A stretch of 64,000 nucleotides of DNA from a virus (IMGVR_UViG_3300013121_000024:1-64000), one strand, 5' to 3'; counted from the first letter of the stretch, positions 21,121 to 31,042 are shown. Notes: a model not told the origin generated them from the letters alone. Numbers and translations: made by a program.

Positions 21121-21558
21121 ATGGCACTACTACAGGGAATTTATAATCCAAAAAATCCAAATAAGTATGCGGGAAACACCAAGAACATCGTTTATCGTAG
21201 TTCCTGGGAGCTGTCGTGTATGAGTAAGTTTGATTTGGATCCAAATATCATTTATTGGGCATCCGAAGAAGTTGCCGTGCCGTATGTATCACCACAAGAC
21301 GGCCGGATTCACAGGTACTTTCCTGATTTTGTAATTAAAAAGCGTTTTCCTGATGGAAAAATACGCACACTCATGTTGGAAATCAAAAGGCAAGACCATG
21401 TCGATCCTCCAAGGCCAGGAAAGAACAAAAAAAGGTATCTACTGGAAGCTCTCCAATGGGGTGTCAATCAAGCTAAATGGCAGGCAGCTAAGAGTTATTG
21501 CGAACAGATTGGCTGGGAATTTGCAGTAATCACGGAAAAAACGGGAGGATTTAAGTAA
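21121..21558 (+). CDS. gp4: Head completion nuclease gp4
   Basis: PKNPNKY.G, YRSSWE, WASEE..VPY.SP.D..HRYFPDF, EIK, NQAKW.AA motifs. Confidence 0.93.
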   Translation: MALLQGIYNPKNPNKYAGNTKNIVYRSSWELSCMSKFDLDPNIIYWASEEVAVPYVSPQDGRIHRYFPDFVIKKRFPDGKIRTLMLEIKRQDHVDPPRPGKNKKRYLLEALQWGVNQAKWQAAKSYCEQIGWEFAVITEKTGGFK

Positions 21559-22451
21559 TGTTGGGATTTAGAAAATTTTTGATGGAAATTGCTGCAATAC
21601 GAAGGGGATTTCCGAGAGATGTGGAAACATATTCTGACACAGGGTATTTTGAAACCAATACTAGTCATCCAGAAAAGAACATTCTTAAACCAGGCGCAGA
21701 GCCACTTACGAATGATGAAATAAGAGCGATAAGAACGTATACCTCTGATAAGTATAATGAAATGAACACGGTTGCAAAAACCAGGATTAATAAAGTCGGT
21801 AACAAGTCCATGAGCTGGTACCAGTTCAGCCGGACGCGCGCAAATAATAAACATCTTTCTTCCGCAATCGGTAAGCACCAGACTGTGAAGGATATGTACG
21901 TTTACCGTGGATTTGAACAAGGTGGTCCTAATAGAATGCAAGGTCCAACGCAACCAGGAAAAGATTATTTAATTCGTACAATGAGAGGCTTTGCCTCCAC
22001 ATCAATGGACCATCATCGGGCTTCCAATTTCGGAGAAATGACTTATAACCCAAAGAATCAGAAATCATATATACATGTGGTAAAAATACATGTTCCGGCC
22101 GGATCGCATGGAATATTTGTGAATAAGGTGTCCGAGCATCCAAGTGAAAGGGAATTTTTGATCGCACCCGGTGCTCAAATAGCTATAAGTAAAAAATTCA
22201 CTGTAAACAATATACGTAGAAGAATCACCTGGCATGCTAACTTGGTACATGATGGTTTTGATAAAACCAGACACGCCTTCGGTAAAAATGATCCAGGATA
22301 CCAATTAAAGTTATTCAATAAAAAAGATTTGCCGATAAAACAGGTTGACCTTTCCAAGCACCAAGATGATACACCCAGTCAAGATCATTATAATTGGAAT
22401 ATTATCCAAAGGGGTCCGATATTCAATTTTGACAACCCCAGTAAAAAATAA
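21558..22451 (+). CDS. R-S-E class (VIP2/Alt/Mod-like) ADP-ribosyltransferase, probably virion-packaged
   Basis: YT...Y..MN helix, YVYRG, FASTS and EREFL motifs. N-terminal MLGFRKFLME resembles a capsid-targeting sequence. Confidence 0.85.
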   Translation: MLGFRKFLMEIAAIRRGFPRDVETYSDTGYFETNTSHPEKNILKPGAEPLTNDEIRAIRTYTSDKYNEMNTVAKTRINKVGNKSMSWYQFSRTRANNKHLSSAIGKHQTVKDMYVYRGFEQGGPNRMQGPTQPGKDYLIRTMRGFASTSMDHHRASNFGEMTYNPKNQKSYIHVVKIHVPAGSHGIFVNKVSEHPSEREFLIAPGAQIAISKKFTVNNIRRRITWHANLVHDGFDKTRHAFGKNDPGYQLKLFNKKDLPIKQVDLSKHQDDTPSQDHYNWNIIQRGPIFNFDNPSKK

Positions 22452-22487
22452 GTATAAGAAGTATATTTTAGAGTACGATAGAGACCA

Positions 22488-22763
22488 ATGAGAGCACACC
22501 GAGATGGAGACCTTAGGGCTTGTGGAGCCACAACCACAGTTGTGGGCCAAGGTACAGTTTTTGTTAATGGAAAACTATGGGCTGTTAAAGGAGACACAAA
22601 CACACATAATGCCGGAGGCTTGATAAATACATTCACCGGTGTTTATGTTCAAGGCAAGCCTGTAATCGTGCACACACCAGATTTAGCACAGTCTGATGGT
22701 GCGGGTCATGTGCTCGTTCAAGATCAAACAGCCCAGGGGTCAGGAGATGTGTTTGCTTATTAG
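22488..22763 (+). CDS. gp5.4: PAAR spike-tip protein gp5.4
   Basis: AHRDGD..CG, TVFVNG...AV.GD..H, QGSGDVF motifs. Confidence 0.85.
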   Translation: MRAHRDGDLRACGATTTVVGQGTVFVNGKLWAVKGDTNTHNAGGLINTFTGVYVQGKPVIVHTPDLAQSDGAGHVLVQDQTAQGSGDVFAY

Positions 22764-22774
22764 GAGTATTCAAG

Positions 22775-23038
22775 ATGTATTATCTAGCTGTAATGATTTG
22801 CATGGAAGGTGCATGTAAGTATCTTCCACCAAGGCCAACTTGGAGTGGCGAGAATTGTTTGGCCGAGAAACGTTACCTCATGTTAAAAAATAAATATGTA
22901 TTGGAATATATGCTGCACCAGGAGCATGATGTATTTATTAACTGCATAGATTCCTCTTATTCTATGATTGAACAAAAAGTTCAAAATATTATGATGGAGA
23001 AATTGTTAAAAAGGAATTCTAAAATATATGGTAAATAA
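22775..23038 (+). CDS. Hypothetical protein
   Basis: 87 aa ORF with an AGGAG RBS, co-oriented in the late operon. Confidence 0.5.
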   Translation: MYYLAVMICMEGACKYLPPRPTWSGENCLAEKRYLMLKNKYVLEYMLHQEHDVFINCIDSSYSMIEQKVQNIMMEKLLKRNSKIYGK

Positions 23039-23603
23039 ACCATTACCTCCATCCGTTACATCTGATGTATTCAAATGGTTTATAAGCCGAATACAAAAGG
23101 TGGTAGATATGACCACCGTAAAGTCATCGGATAAGTATGATAGAGTGAACCGTATTTCTCCACATAATATAGGCCAGATGTTTTTGTTTTACTATGAGGC
23201 CAAATTAAAGAAAAAACTTCCTTATTGGGATAGATTTCCTCTTATTTTCCCAATAAAGTTCTACCCAAATGGATTTCTTGGAATAAATCTGCATTATGTT
23301 TCACCAGACATGCGCAAAAAAATGCTGACCGCCTTGTATGGAGTTATTACCAATGTTGGATCACCAGACCAAAGGTTGAAAGTGAACAACGAATTTTTAC
23401 AAAATACTGCTAGAATCCGATCCATAAAGCCATGTATCAAGAGATATCTGTACACACACGTGGGAACGGAATTTTATCAGGTTAAACCGGAAGAGTGGGG
23501 AACAGTTATTCAGCTTCCACAAGAGAGGTTCACTACCATGACAAGGAAGTCTATCACAAAACAACAAGTTTGGAATGAATCTATAAAGAAGATGGGATTA
23601 TAA
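23028..23603 (+). CDS. gp2: DNA end protector gp2
   Basis: G.M..F.Y.AK.K..LPYWDRFPLI, GINLHY, KPCIKRYL..HV motifs. Confidence 0.92.
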   Translation: MVNKPLPPSVTSDVFKWFISRIQKVVDMTTVKSSDKYDRVNRISPHNIGQMFLFYYEAKLKKKLPYWDRFPLIFPIKFYPNGFLGINLHYVSPDMRKKMLTALYGVITNVGSPDQRLKVNNEFLQNTARIRSIKPCIKRYLYTHVGTEFYQVKPEEWGTVIQLPQERFTTMTRKSITKQQVWNESIKKMGL

Positions 23604-23609
23604 AAAACG

Positions 23610-24203
23610 ATGGCCAATCGAAATTTGGGAATAGACAATTTTTCCGCACAAATTGATGGAATACAAGGACAAGGACCACAAACCACAAACAGGTTCCAAT
23701 TGGTGATACCTACACCAAAGGGTCTTTTGGACAAGGGATTTTCAACCACCAATGAACTCAGATTTTGGTGTAGGAGTACCACAATGCCTGATATAGCAGT
23801 TGCATTGCATCCCGTTGTCCGTTATGGATACGGGTTGATTGAGAATAAACCAAGCTTCACCAAATTCAAGGATTTTTCTGTAATAGTAATGTCCGATTCT
23901 GAAGGAATGAACCTTAGGTTTTTCCATGAATGGTTGACACTAATAAACAATCCCTACTTCACCGAGGGAATAAATACACCAAGTGACCAATGGGAGGTGG
24001 CTTATAAAGAAGACTATTCCGTTGATATGAATTTGATTACCTACGACAAGAGTAATACACCAATACACAATATCAGGTATGTAGAAACTTTTCCATATAT
24101 TGTTCAACCAATTCAGTTAGACTGGGGAGACACAAACAAAATCATGGAATTTTCTGTAGGATTTAGTTTTATGTCTTGGTCACATGATGCATCGCCTTCT
24201 TAA
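23610..24203 (+). CDS. gp54: Tail tube initiator gp54 (gp19-like fold)
   Basis: NRF, C....P, FF.EW, YK.DY, FP.....LDW, F.V.F motifs. Order gp2-gp54-gp26. Confidence 0.8.
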   Translation: MANRNLGIDNFSAQIDGIQGQGPQTTNRFQLVIPTPKGLLDKGFSTTNELRFWCRSTTMPDIAVALHPVVRYGYGLIENKPSFTKFKDFSVIVMSDSEGMNLRFFHEWLTLINNPYFTEGINTPSDQWEVAYKEDYSVDMNLITYDKSNTPIHNIRYVETFPYIVQPIQLDWGDTNKIMEFSVGFSFMSWSHDASPS

Positions 24204-24214
24204 TTACAAACACC

Positions 24215-24952
24215 ATGGAGTATACAATGAAACCATCAAATATACCATTTATAATTTCCCACCCATTATATGAAACAAGGATTCCTTCTACTGGTGCAAA
24301 GGTCACAATGCGACCGATGTTGGCCAGAGAGGAAAAAATACTCTTAATAGCCAAGACAAACGGTGAGTATTCAGAAAAATTAAAGGCAGTAACTCAGATA
24401 TTGCAGGCCTGTTGTAATGATGTTGTTATTAACAAACTCACTATGTTCGATCTGGAATACCTATTCGTACAGCTACGTGCCTTCTCAATCAATAACATAA
24501 GCCAAGTTTCCTATAAGGATCTGGATGATGGTAAGAAATATGATTTTTCAATCAACCTTTATGATATCAATGTGAAGTTTCCAGAATCGGTGGAAAACCC
24601 CATTAATGTAAAGGACACAGACATCTCCATTAAATTGCGTTATCCTAGTGTGGAAACTTTTGTTGAAATGTTGGATAAAAAAATTGATACTTATGAAGAT
24701 AAGTTGCAATATATTATTCAAAGATCCGTGGAGTCTATCTCACAGGGAAAGAAAGTAATTTCTGCCGCCCAATATTCAACTGATGACATACAGAAGTTTT
24801 TGGATGAACTTCCTGTACTAACATGGAATAAAGTGAAGTATTTCTTTGAATCCGAACCGTCATTGACACATGAATTAAAGTATACAAATGCCAGTGGGGA
24901 CGAGAGAACAATAACACTTCGCACGTTAGACGATTTTTTTACATTGGTCTAG
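24215..24952 (+). CDS. gp26: Baseplate hub assembly / tail chaperone gp26
   Basis: P.Y...IPSTG....RP.L.REEKILL, FDLEYLF.QLR..S, LRYP motifs. Ends DDFF at a T7 run. Confidence 0.9.
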   Translation: MEYTMKPSNIPFIISHPLYETRIPSTGAKVTMRPMLAREEKILLIAKTNGEYSEKLKAVTQILQACCNDVVINKLTMFDLEYLFVQLRAFSINNISQVSYKDLDDGKKYDFSINLYDINVKFPESVENPINVKDTDISIKLRYPSVETFVEMLDKKIDTYEDKLQYIIQRSVESISQGKKVISAAQYSTDDIQKFLDELPVLTWNKVKYFFESEPSLTHELKYTNASGDERTITLRTLDDFFTLV

Positions 24953-25131
24953 CACACAATACATTGGAAAATTACTATAAAACACTCTGGATGATGACAC
25001 AAGAACATAAATATAGCATAAGTGATCTGGAGAATTGTTACCCCTTTGAACGTGACATTTATGTTGGCCTCTTGAATCTTAAGATTCAGGAGGAAATAGA
25101 CGAAGAAATGAGACGTAAAGGATTTGCCTGA
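24940..25131 (+). CDS. gp51: gp51-like hub assembly protein, probably translated as a -1 frameshift extension of gp26
   Basis: Manual translation of the -1 frame: YIGLAHNTLENYYKTLWMMTQEHKYSISDLENCYPFERDIYVGLLNLKIQEEIDEEMRRKGFA*. The stop overlaps the next ATG. The conserved HN.LENYY motif lies upstream of the first ATG (24991). Confidence 0.75.
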   Translation, partial: YIGLAHNTLENYYKTLWMMTQEHKYSISDLENCYPFERDIYVGLLNLKIQEEIDEEMRRKGFA

Positions 25132-28100
25132 TGGCAGGAAAAACAGATATATTAGCAGGAACCTTAGGTAAAAAATTAGACAAAATTACGGGCGTCGATA
25201 ATATTAGAACCCGTCTAAAAAACTTGAGTGAATCTTCCAATATTTCTAAGACTTTCAAAAAAATATCACAACTGGATAATACCCAATATTCACGACTGAC
25301 CGGGGAAACAGGGGATTTAACTGGCATCACCGCTGAAAAACTTACCAAGAGTGTTGATAATCTTGGTAATAGAGTAATCGTGGCTGTAGAAAAAATAAAC
25401 TCTAGATTAAATGAAATAGATTCAGGTATTCGTGTATTGAATACAAAGGTCGAACGTCTTGAAAAGTCGGCCGAAAAAATAGATAAAAGAGTGAAGGATC
25501 TTGAAAACAAGGACGAGGATAAACATGACAAATGGAAGTTGGCCTCGGCTGGTGGATTTTCTGTTCTTGGTAAAAACGACCATTCCCCGAATTCATTATT
25601 AGGTGCACTGTCTAACATTCTAGGTGTTGCTTCAATTGGTAAATTAGGTGCCGATACATTAGGTAAATTAGGAGCTCTTTCTGGTATAAGTTCTGGTATA
25701 GGTTCTGGTGCAGGTGGATTAGCTGGTCTGGCTAGAATGGCTCCTCTTGTCCTGAAAACCGGCGGCGCTATTGCTGGTGGTACAGCCATTGGTTTAACGG
25801 GTTATGGAATTAAAAAATGGTTAGAAGGTGAAGATTCACTCAAAGGTGTACAAGGTCCTTTCAAATCCGGTCCTGGATTAGGTCCACAAATCCAATCGGA
25901 GATGGACAAAAGGCCCCCTGGTTTTGAAAATCCCATATACAGATGGTTGAGAGAGAATACACCATCTTTGAATCCATTCGGTGATCCAATGAGGGATCGG
26001 CCTGAATTTCAACCAGACTTCCAGAGACAGTCTTATAGCGGAGGTGGAGGTGGTTATAGTGGATCCGCAATACCGGGTTCTCCAGGAAGCCAGACACACA
26101 ACCAAATGGGTGAACTATCAAATTACGTACCAAATGGAAACTCCACAATCCTGGCGGATAAACAAGGAAAAGTAAATCCACAGGCTTTTTATGATTCTAT
26201 GGTAATCAAATTTTCAAATTCTGCCTTGAAGGGATATGTACCAAAAGATGGAGAAAAATATGGTATAAAAACCGGTTCACCACAAGAATGGGCCAGATTT
26301 GCAACAATGCTCATCAAACAAGAATCTGGATTTAACATTAATTCCACCGGAGATAATGGAAATTCGTATGGTTTGGTGCAGATGAAGGCCGGAGAGTATG
26401 GATTGAAAACGCGCGAAGACGTTATGGATCCAAATAAATCCTCGGATGCGTTAATTAAACAATTTGAGAAATATATTATACCATCAGAACATATAGGAGG
26501 CACTGGTAGCGGTGCTGGAACATATCATGGCTGGCGTGGAGCCGCGGCGTATTTTGGTCCTATTCGCCGTGATGAAATTTTTAAACACTCAAATTGGTTC
26601 AAAAACACTATTAACACAGGCAATGCAGTACAATACTCTGGTGCAGTACCCTATGTTAACCTGGAAAGACCTCCATCCGAATCAGATATTAAGATGGGAG
26701 TTGGTGTAGCCGGAAAGGGGGCTTCATTCCAATTTAATCCTACTCATGAGGGATCGGCCGCGGCGGTTAGGGAAATCAATAAACAAGGTGCCTCGGCAAT
26801 TGCTTATTATCAAGGAGGAGGATTGGCAGCGGCAGGAGAAAAGGAAATTAACCTCAGTTCGGCCGAACAAAGAGAAAAGATTACACAACTTTCCAGTCAA
26901 TACAGGCTGGCAGGCTATTCTGGATTCAAGATTGACAATTTACACCGTTTACAAACAACGGACCAATTAAAGAAAGTCTTTGATGCGGTTCATCCGGAAA
27001 TGAAAATTGTTGCTAATGGCAATCCAGTGTTGTTACAAAGATTCCTGGAAGAAAATCCTGAGTATAAAAGTCGTATTCAGTCGGAGGCCGAGAACCTTGC
27101 ATCAGGTCAAAATCGAGAGAACGTGGAAGCCGTGAAAGCCCTTGGTAAAATGGGGGTTAAAACTAATGTATTTGAATTTTCAAGTGCAAGTGATCCAAAA
27201 CACAGTGCCACCAAAGAACAGGCGGCCGCACTGGCCAAAGAACTTCCTGGTGCTACGGTATCCCATTACAACCAAGTAGAATTGCCAGGAAGAGGGGAAA
27301 GAGGTGGAATTTCTGGTACAGAAGGCCGAAGTGTGTTCTCGTCTGAATATGGATATTCTTCCGAAACAAGATCGTTTGATAAATTAGGTTTAAATAAGTC
27401 CGGAAAATATTTTACTTCTGGTTTGATGTATGATGAAAGTAAAACTCCAGGAGGCCGAGATGCTACAGGAGTAGGTGTGCCTAGTGCACCTAAAGCCATT
27501 TTGGATAAAGCACGTGAAATAGCCAGTCTGGAAGGTCCACAGGCAGTTTATAATTATATGAGAAATCAAGGCTATCCAAAGGATGGAGCTTGGTGTGGTC
27601 AATTTGCGGCAACTGTAGTTAAATCTGCCGGATTTCAGCCACCAAAAGGAGCAGCGGTTGCATCCAATTGGAGAAATTTTGGTACTCAGGTAGAATTTCC
27701 TGAACCGGGGGACATCGCGGTAAGAAAGCGTTCACGGTATGGTGGATATACATCTACCGGTGATACTGGAAGTCATGTTACAATTGTATCCGAAATAAAC
27801 AATAATAAAGTTAAATTGTTGGGGGGTAACCAAGGTGGTGCAATGCCAAATATTTATTCCAGGAACATTGGAGAATTTGAATATTTTCGTGCTGGTGGTG
27901 TAGCATCTAAACAGAATTCTGAAAATACTAGATTTAAAGAATGGTTGCAGTCTGTGTATCCGGAAACTTCTTCCAAACCTGAAGGTCCGCTTACGGCTCG
28001 ACTGCCCGGCACCCAAATATCCTCCGAATCACCCCAGTTTAAACTACCGGAACTTGGTGTTGTCGGAACTGCAACACCGGATAAACAAACCGATTATAGA

Positions 28101-28613
28101 AATATTGGATTATTCGGTTCCACAGATCAATCGGCCGTTCAAGATGCACAAAGATATCTCGATTCCATTCCTACAGGAGAAGCAATAAAACAGGCCGAAC
28201 AGGAACAGAAATATTCCCAATCCACACACCAACCAGAAAACCAAGGCACCAAGTACACATATGCACAGCCTGAGAATACGGTTGGAGGAATGTCAGAATC
28301 GGACGCCAAGCGCTCATTTGGTGCGGAGGCCATCCAAGAGACTGAGAATATGGTCACTCCATTACCACAACCTTCTGGATCTGGATTCAAGGGTGAAAAT
28401 GCTACAGCCGAACAAAAAGTTGCGCCTCCTCCGACACCCGATCCAAAAGAACCTTCTGGATACAGGACAGAAAAGGCGCCACAATTACAGACACGTGACG
28501 AGGATGGTGTGCGTCCGAGCAACCACAGTGGTTCGGATAGAACAAAGCCCACCGTTAGTAACGGTGGGCCTGGTGATAGCCACAGAGGGCCAAAACATTT
28601 CTGTAATATCTAA
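25131..28613 (+). CDS. Tape-measure/hub-like protein with SLT transglycosylase, GH114-like and CHAP/NlpC (TIGR02594-type) domains
   Basis: N-terminal coiled coil and G/A/L-rich segment. QESGFN...SYGLVQM (SLT). IAYY...GYSGFKIDN...AEN (GH114-like). AWCGQF...HV..V...LLGGNQ (peptidase). Follows gp26/gp51. Confidence 0.7.
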   Translation: MAGKTDILAGTLGKKLDKITGVDNIRTRLKNLSESSNISKTFKKISQLDNTQYSRLTGETGDLTGITAEKLTKSVDNLGNRVIVAVEKINSRLNEIDSGIRVLNTKVERLEKSAEKIDKRVKDLENKDEDKHDKWKLASAGGFSVLGKNDHSPNSLLGALSNILGVASIGKLGADTLGKLGALSGISSGIGSGAGGLAGLARMAPLVLKTGGAIAGGTAIGLTGYGIKKWLEGEDSLKGVQGPFKSGPGLGPQIQSEMDKRPPGFENPIYRWLRENTPSLNPFGDPMRDRPEFQPDFQRQSYSGGGGGYSGSAIPGSPGSQTHNQMGELSNYVPNGNSTILADKQGKVNPQAFYDSMVIKFSNSALKGYVPKDGEKYGIKTGSPQEWARFATMLIKQESGFNINSTGDNGNSYGLVQMKAGEYGLKTREDVMDPNKSSDALIKQFEKYIIPSEHIGGTGSGAGTYHGWRGAAAYFGPIRRDEIFKHSNWFKNTINTGNAVQYSGAVPYVNLERPPSESDIKMGVGVAGKGASFQFNPTHEGSAAAVREINKQGASAIAYYQGGGLAAAGEKEINLSSAEQREKITQLSSQYRLAGYSGFKIDNLHRLQTTDQLKKVFDAVHPEMKIVANGNPVLLQRFLEENPEYKSRIQSEAENLASGQNRENVEAVKALGKMGVKTNVFEFSSASDPKHSATKEQAAALAKELPGATVSHYNQVELPGRGERGGISGTEGRSVFSSEYGYSSETRSFDKLGLNKSGKYFTSGLMYDESKTPGGRDATGVGVPSAPKAILDKAREIASLEGPQAVYNYMRNQGYPKDGAWCGQFAATVVKSAGFQPPKGAAVASNWRNFGTQVEFPEPGDIAVRKRSRYGGYTSTGDTGSHVTIVSEINNNKVKLLGGNQGGAMPNIYSRNIGEFEYFRAGGVASKQNSENTRFKEWLQSVYPETSSKPEGPLTARLPGTQISSESPQFKLPELGVVGTATPDKQTDYRNIGLFGSTDQSAVQDAQRYLDSIPTGEAIKQAEQEQKYSQSTHQPENQGTKYTYAQPENTVGGMSESDAKRSFGAEAIQETENMVTPLPQPSGSGFKGENATAEQKVAPPPTPDPKEPSGYRTEKAPQLQTRDEDGVRPSNHSGSDRTKPTVSNGGPGDSHRGPKHFCNI

Positions 28614-28616
28614 AGG

Positions 28617-29585
28617 TCAGTCTGCCTTTAGTTCCTCAAACAATTTCCTGAGGTCCTCGGAATCTTCCGTATGGTCCTCATCCCATGGTGGTGTTTCCGA
28701 AATTTGTTTTTCCGGTATCTTAGGAGATTTTCTTCTGGGCGTGGAGTCTGGGGAAATTTTTTCCACATAACTCTTGGATTTATTTACCTTGGAACTTGGT
28801 AATCCGGTTTCTTCCATTCCCATGACTCTAGTCAGTGTGGCTTCCAATTCCTCATAAGTCTTGAATTCTGTTGGTGCCACGAATTGTTGTAGGGAGTGTG
28901 CTGAATTCCAAACATCTTCGATCTTGGAATCCTCTTTAAAAAGAGGACCTTGGGCATCCCACTCCGAATTGTCGAAGTTTGGATATTTCCTTTCTTGGTC
29001 GCCTTCTCTCACCACAATGGTCTTAACCCGAACTTTCAAGTTCTTTCCGTTCCAGAGGTCGAAGGGGTCGCAAGGAGTTTCACCTTCGAATGGAGGTTTA
29101 ATCTGGTTCATAATCTTCTCAAAGATTTTCTTACCAAATCTCCAAACAAGTACCTTTCCTTCATTTTCTGGTTTGGCCGCATCCTTGATAACATATACAT
29201 TAGCAAAATATGTAAGTCTGCGTTTCTGGCTCCTTGCTTGGTCTTGACCGGCGGGTCCTTGATTCCAAAGCCAAGAGTTATATTCTCCACATGGATCCTT
29301 TTGACCAAGTGTGGTTAAGCTGTTCTCAATATACCAAGCGCCAGTCTTCGGGTTCTTGAATCCGTGACTGAATTTTTGTACCCACGGCATATCCTCACCT
29401 TTGGGTTCAGATAGCAATCTAACGATTGCAAACCCATTTCCATCGGGGCCTGTTGTAGGAGACCAGAATATATCGGAATTCTCATCTTCCTTTCTTGAAG
29501 GCTTCGACATTTTGTCTAATTGTTCGGAGAGTTTTTGCAGTGATTCCTGGCGGGACTTTTTGAGTTCTTTAAACGATAGTGCCAT
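28617..29585 (-). CDS. gp32: Single-stranded DNA-binding protein gp32
   Basis: GNGFAIVR, HGFK...WYIENSLTTLG..DP, ANVYVIKD...PENEGKV, FGKKIF, PFDLW.G motifs and an acidic tail. Likely start MALSF at 29585. Confidence 0.95.
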   Translation of the reverse strand: MALSFKELKKSRQESLQKLSEQLDKMSKPSRKEDENSDIFWSPTTGPDGNGFAIVRLLSEPKGEDMPWVQKFSHGFKNPKTGAWYIENSLTTLGQKDPCGEYNSWLWNQGPAGQDQARSQKRRLTYFANVYVIKDAAKPENEGKVLVWRFGKKIFEKIMNQIKPPFEGETPCDPFDLWNGKNLKVRVKTIVVREGDQERKYPNFDNSEWDAQGPLFKEDSKIEDVWNSAHSLQQFVAPTEFKTYEELEATLTRVMGMEETGLPSSKVNKSKSYVEKISPDSTPRRKSPKIPEKQISETPPWDEDHTEDSEDLRKLFEELKAD

Positions 29586-29664
29586 ATTTGTTGTATCCTT
29601 TATATTGTTTGTTTTAGTTGTATTTTCTATGTGGGGTTCGGCCGTTCGCCTCACCTTGCACTAT

Positions 29665-29672
29665 TATTTATA
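29665..29672 (-). promoter_or_regulatory. Late promoter TATAAATA upstream of gp32 (also the -10 of a TTGCCT-N17-TATAAA sigma70-like promoter)
   Basis: Exact motif on the minus strand. Confidence 0.6.
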
Positions 29673-29776
29673 CAACACTCCTGGAGAAGAGGCAATCAAA
29701 ATCTGCTTATGCTCATTAATACATTTTGGTATAATAACAACCAAAAAGACAAGTAAAATGTAAATAAGAGTAAATT

Positions 29777-30571
29777 TCAATGACATGATAAATTGCTCCA
29801 GTCATAAAGTGATCTCATTATGGCCGGAATATCATGTTGGTAAAACCCTGAGCCATTTATAGAGTTGAATTCAATAACATGTACACCATTCTTTGTCACC
29901 GCGGTATCCATGACACAACATGGGTGTGGTAACCAAACATCAGCCATGGACTGGGCCTCTTTAATTACGTCTTCGTCCAATTCCTTCAAAAGGTATAGTT
30001 GGTTCCGGCGTCTATACATTGATCCGCTGATGATTTTTCCTCCAACGATAAACCATCTCCATTCTGCCATTATTTCCTTAGGAGATGAAATTACAATATC
30101 GGTATCACCCGGCAATTGATATGATCCAGACGATGCACAATTCATCGCGTCTTCAAACCATTCCCAACCTTCCATAGCATTCACGGTTTGACCTGAAAAT
30201 TGTTTCCTGTCTTCTGATGGTCTGACAAACCACATTGATCTTGGATCCTGTGATTTTAAAAACTCTATGGCCTCCCGTAATGGAATAATTTGTCCGGTAT
30301 TCAACATGTCATTTCGATTTTCAACTGAGGCCTTATAGTTGAATTTTGCAAGGTCGGAATAACATCCTTTCCAGTTTAATTCATCGGCCAGTGTTATAAA
30401 CAGTGTTGAACCGTATGGAATCCAATCTTTTTCCTCTAGTACCCAATCGGGAGATATATCCCTAGAAAAAGGAGTAAGATTCACCCTTACATGTGGAAGC
30501 CCTCTCACTCCTTCTAAGATTCCATCCAGATTTTTTTTGGATATCAAATTGTCTTGTATAATGAATTTCAT
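29777..30571 (-). CDS. ATP-grasp protein (R2K/DUF4343-like)
   Basis: FVRP..D.K.F.G, EWRWFIV.G.II.GS.Y, VMD, VIEFN..N.SGFY motifs. Confidence 0.8.
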   Translation of the reverse strand: MKFIIQDNLISKKNLDGILEGVRGLPHVRVNLTPFSRDISPDWVLEEKDWIPYGSTLFITLADELNWKGCYSDLAKFNYKASVENRNDMLNTGQIIPLREAIEFLKSQDPRSMWFVRPSEDRKQFSGQTVNAMEGWEWFEDAMNCASSGSYQLPGDTDIVISSPKEIMAEWRWFIVGGKIISGSMYRRRNQLYLLKELDEDVIKEAQSMADVWLPHPCCVMDTAVTKNGVHVIEFNSINGSGFYQHDIPAIMRSLYDWSNLSCH

Positions 30572-30835
30572 TCAGCTAATTCCGCAGATGTTAGGACTAT
30601 CATATATGGGGGTAACCGTATTGGTTACAGCATACCTTATATCAGAAAACGTCATCGGGAACAACAACCTGGGTTCTTTTTTACCACTTGGAATAGCATA
30701 AACTTTGAATCCAAGTGCATTTCCATATTCATCTTGTAATGTTTTGTAGGTGAATTCTTTATAAGTGGAGTGTTGTTCCTGTAGAATACGTTCCAGTTTA
30801 ACAAGATCGTGAAAATTAATATAACGTTGCATCAT
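30572..30835 (-). CDS. Hypothetical protein
   Basis: 87 aa ORF in a tight minus-strand operon. Confidence 0.5.
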   Translation of the reverse strand: MMQRYINFHDLVKLERILQEQHSTYKEFTYKTLQDEYGNALGFKVYAIPSGKKEPRLLFPMTFSDIRYAVTNTVTPIYDSPNICGIS

Positions 30836-30847
30836 ATTGCCTTTTTA

Positions 30848-31012
30848 TCATGTTGTATTTGTTTGTAATGGACACTGTGTATTATAACACACATAATTAA
30901 GATTGTCACCGAAGTCTGAACCACACGTCTGACAACCATAAGTATAGGAAGGACCGTAAACCCTTACTCTTGGATTTACCGTATACTCTTGGACGTACAT
31001 ATATTTTTTCAT
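30848..31012 (-). CDS. Small Cys-rich (Zn-finger-like) protein
   Basis: Manual translation MKKYMYVQEY...GCQTCG...VCYNTQCP.. with a GAGG RBS. Confidence 0.5.
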   Translation of the reverse strand: MKKYMYVQEYTVNPRVRVYGPSYTYGCQTCGSDFGDNLNYVCYNTQCPLQTNTT

Positions 31013-31042
31013 TTCCTCTCGTGTATGGTCATCAAGATGTGT

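Noticed and set aside
29777-30571. ATP-grasp enzyme as a RiPP maturase for the xSAV peptides
   Set aside because: It is more than 11 kb from either array, belongs to a family common as a stand-alone phage gene, and the peptides lack graspetide-type cores.
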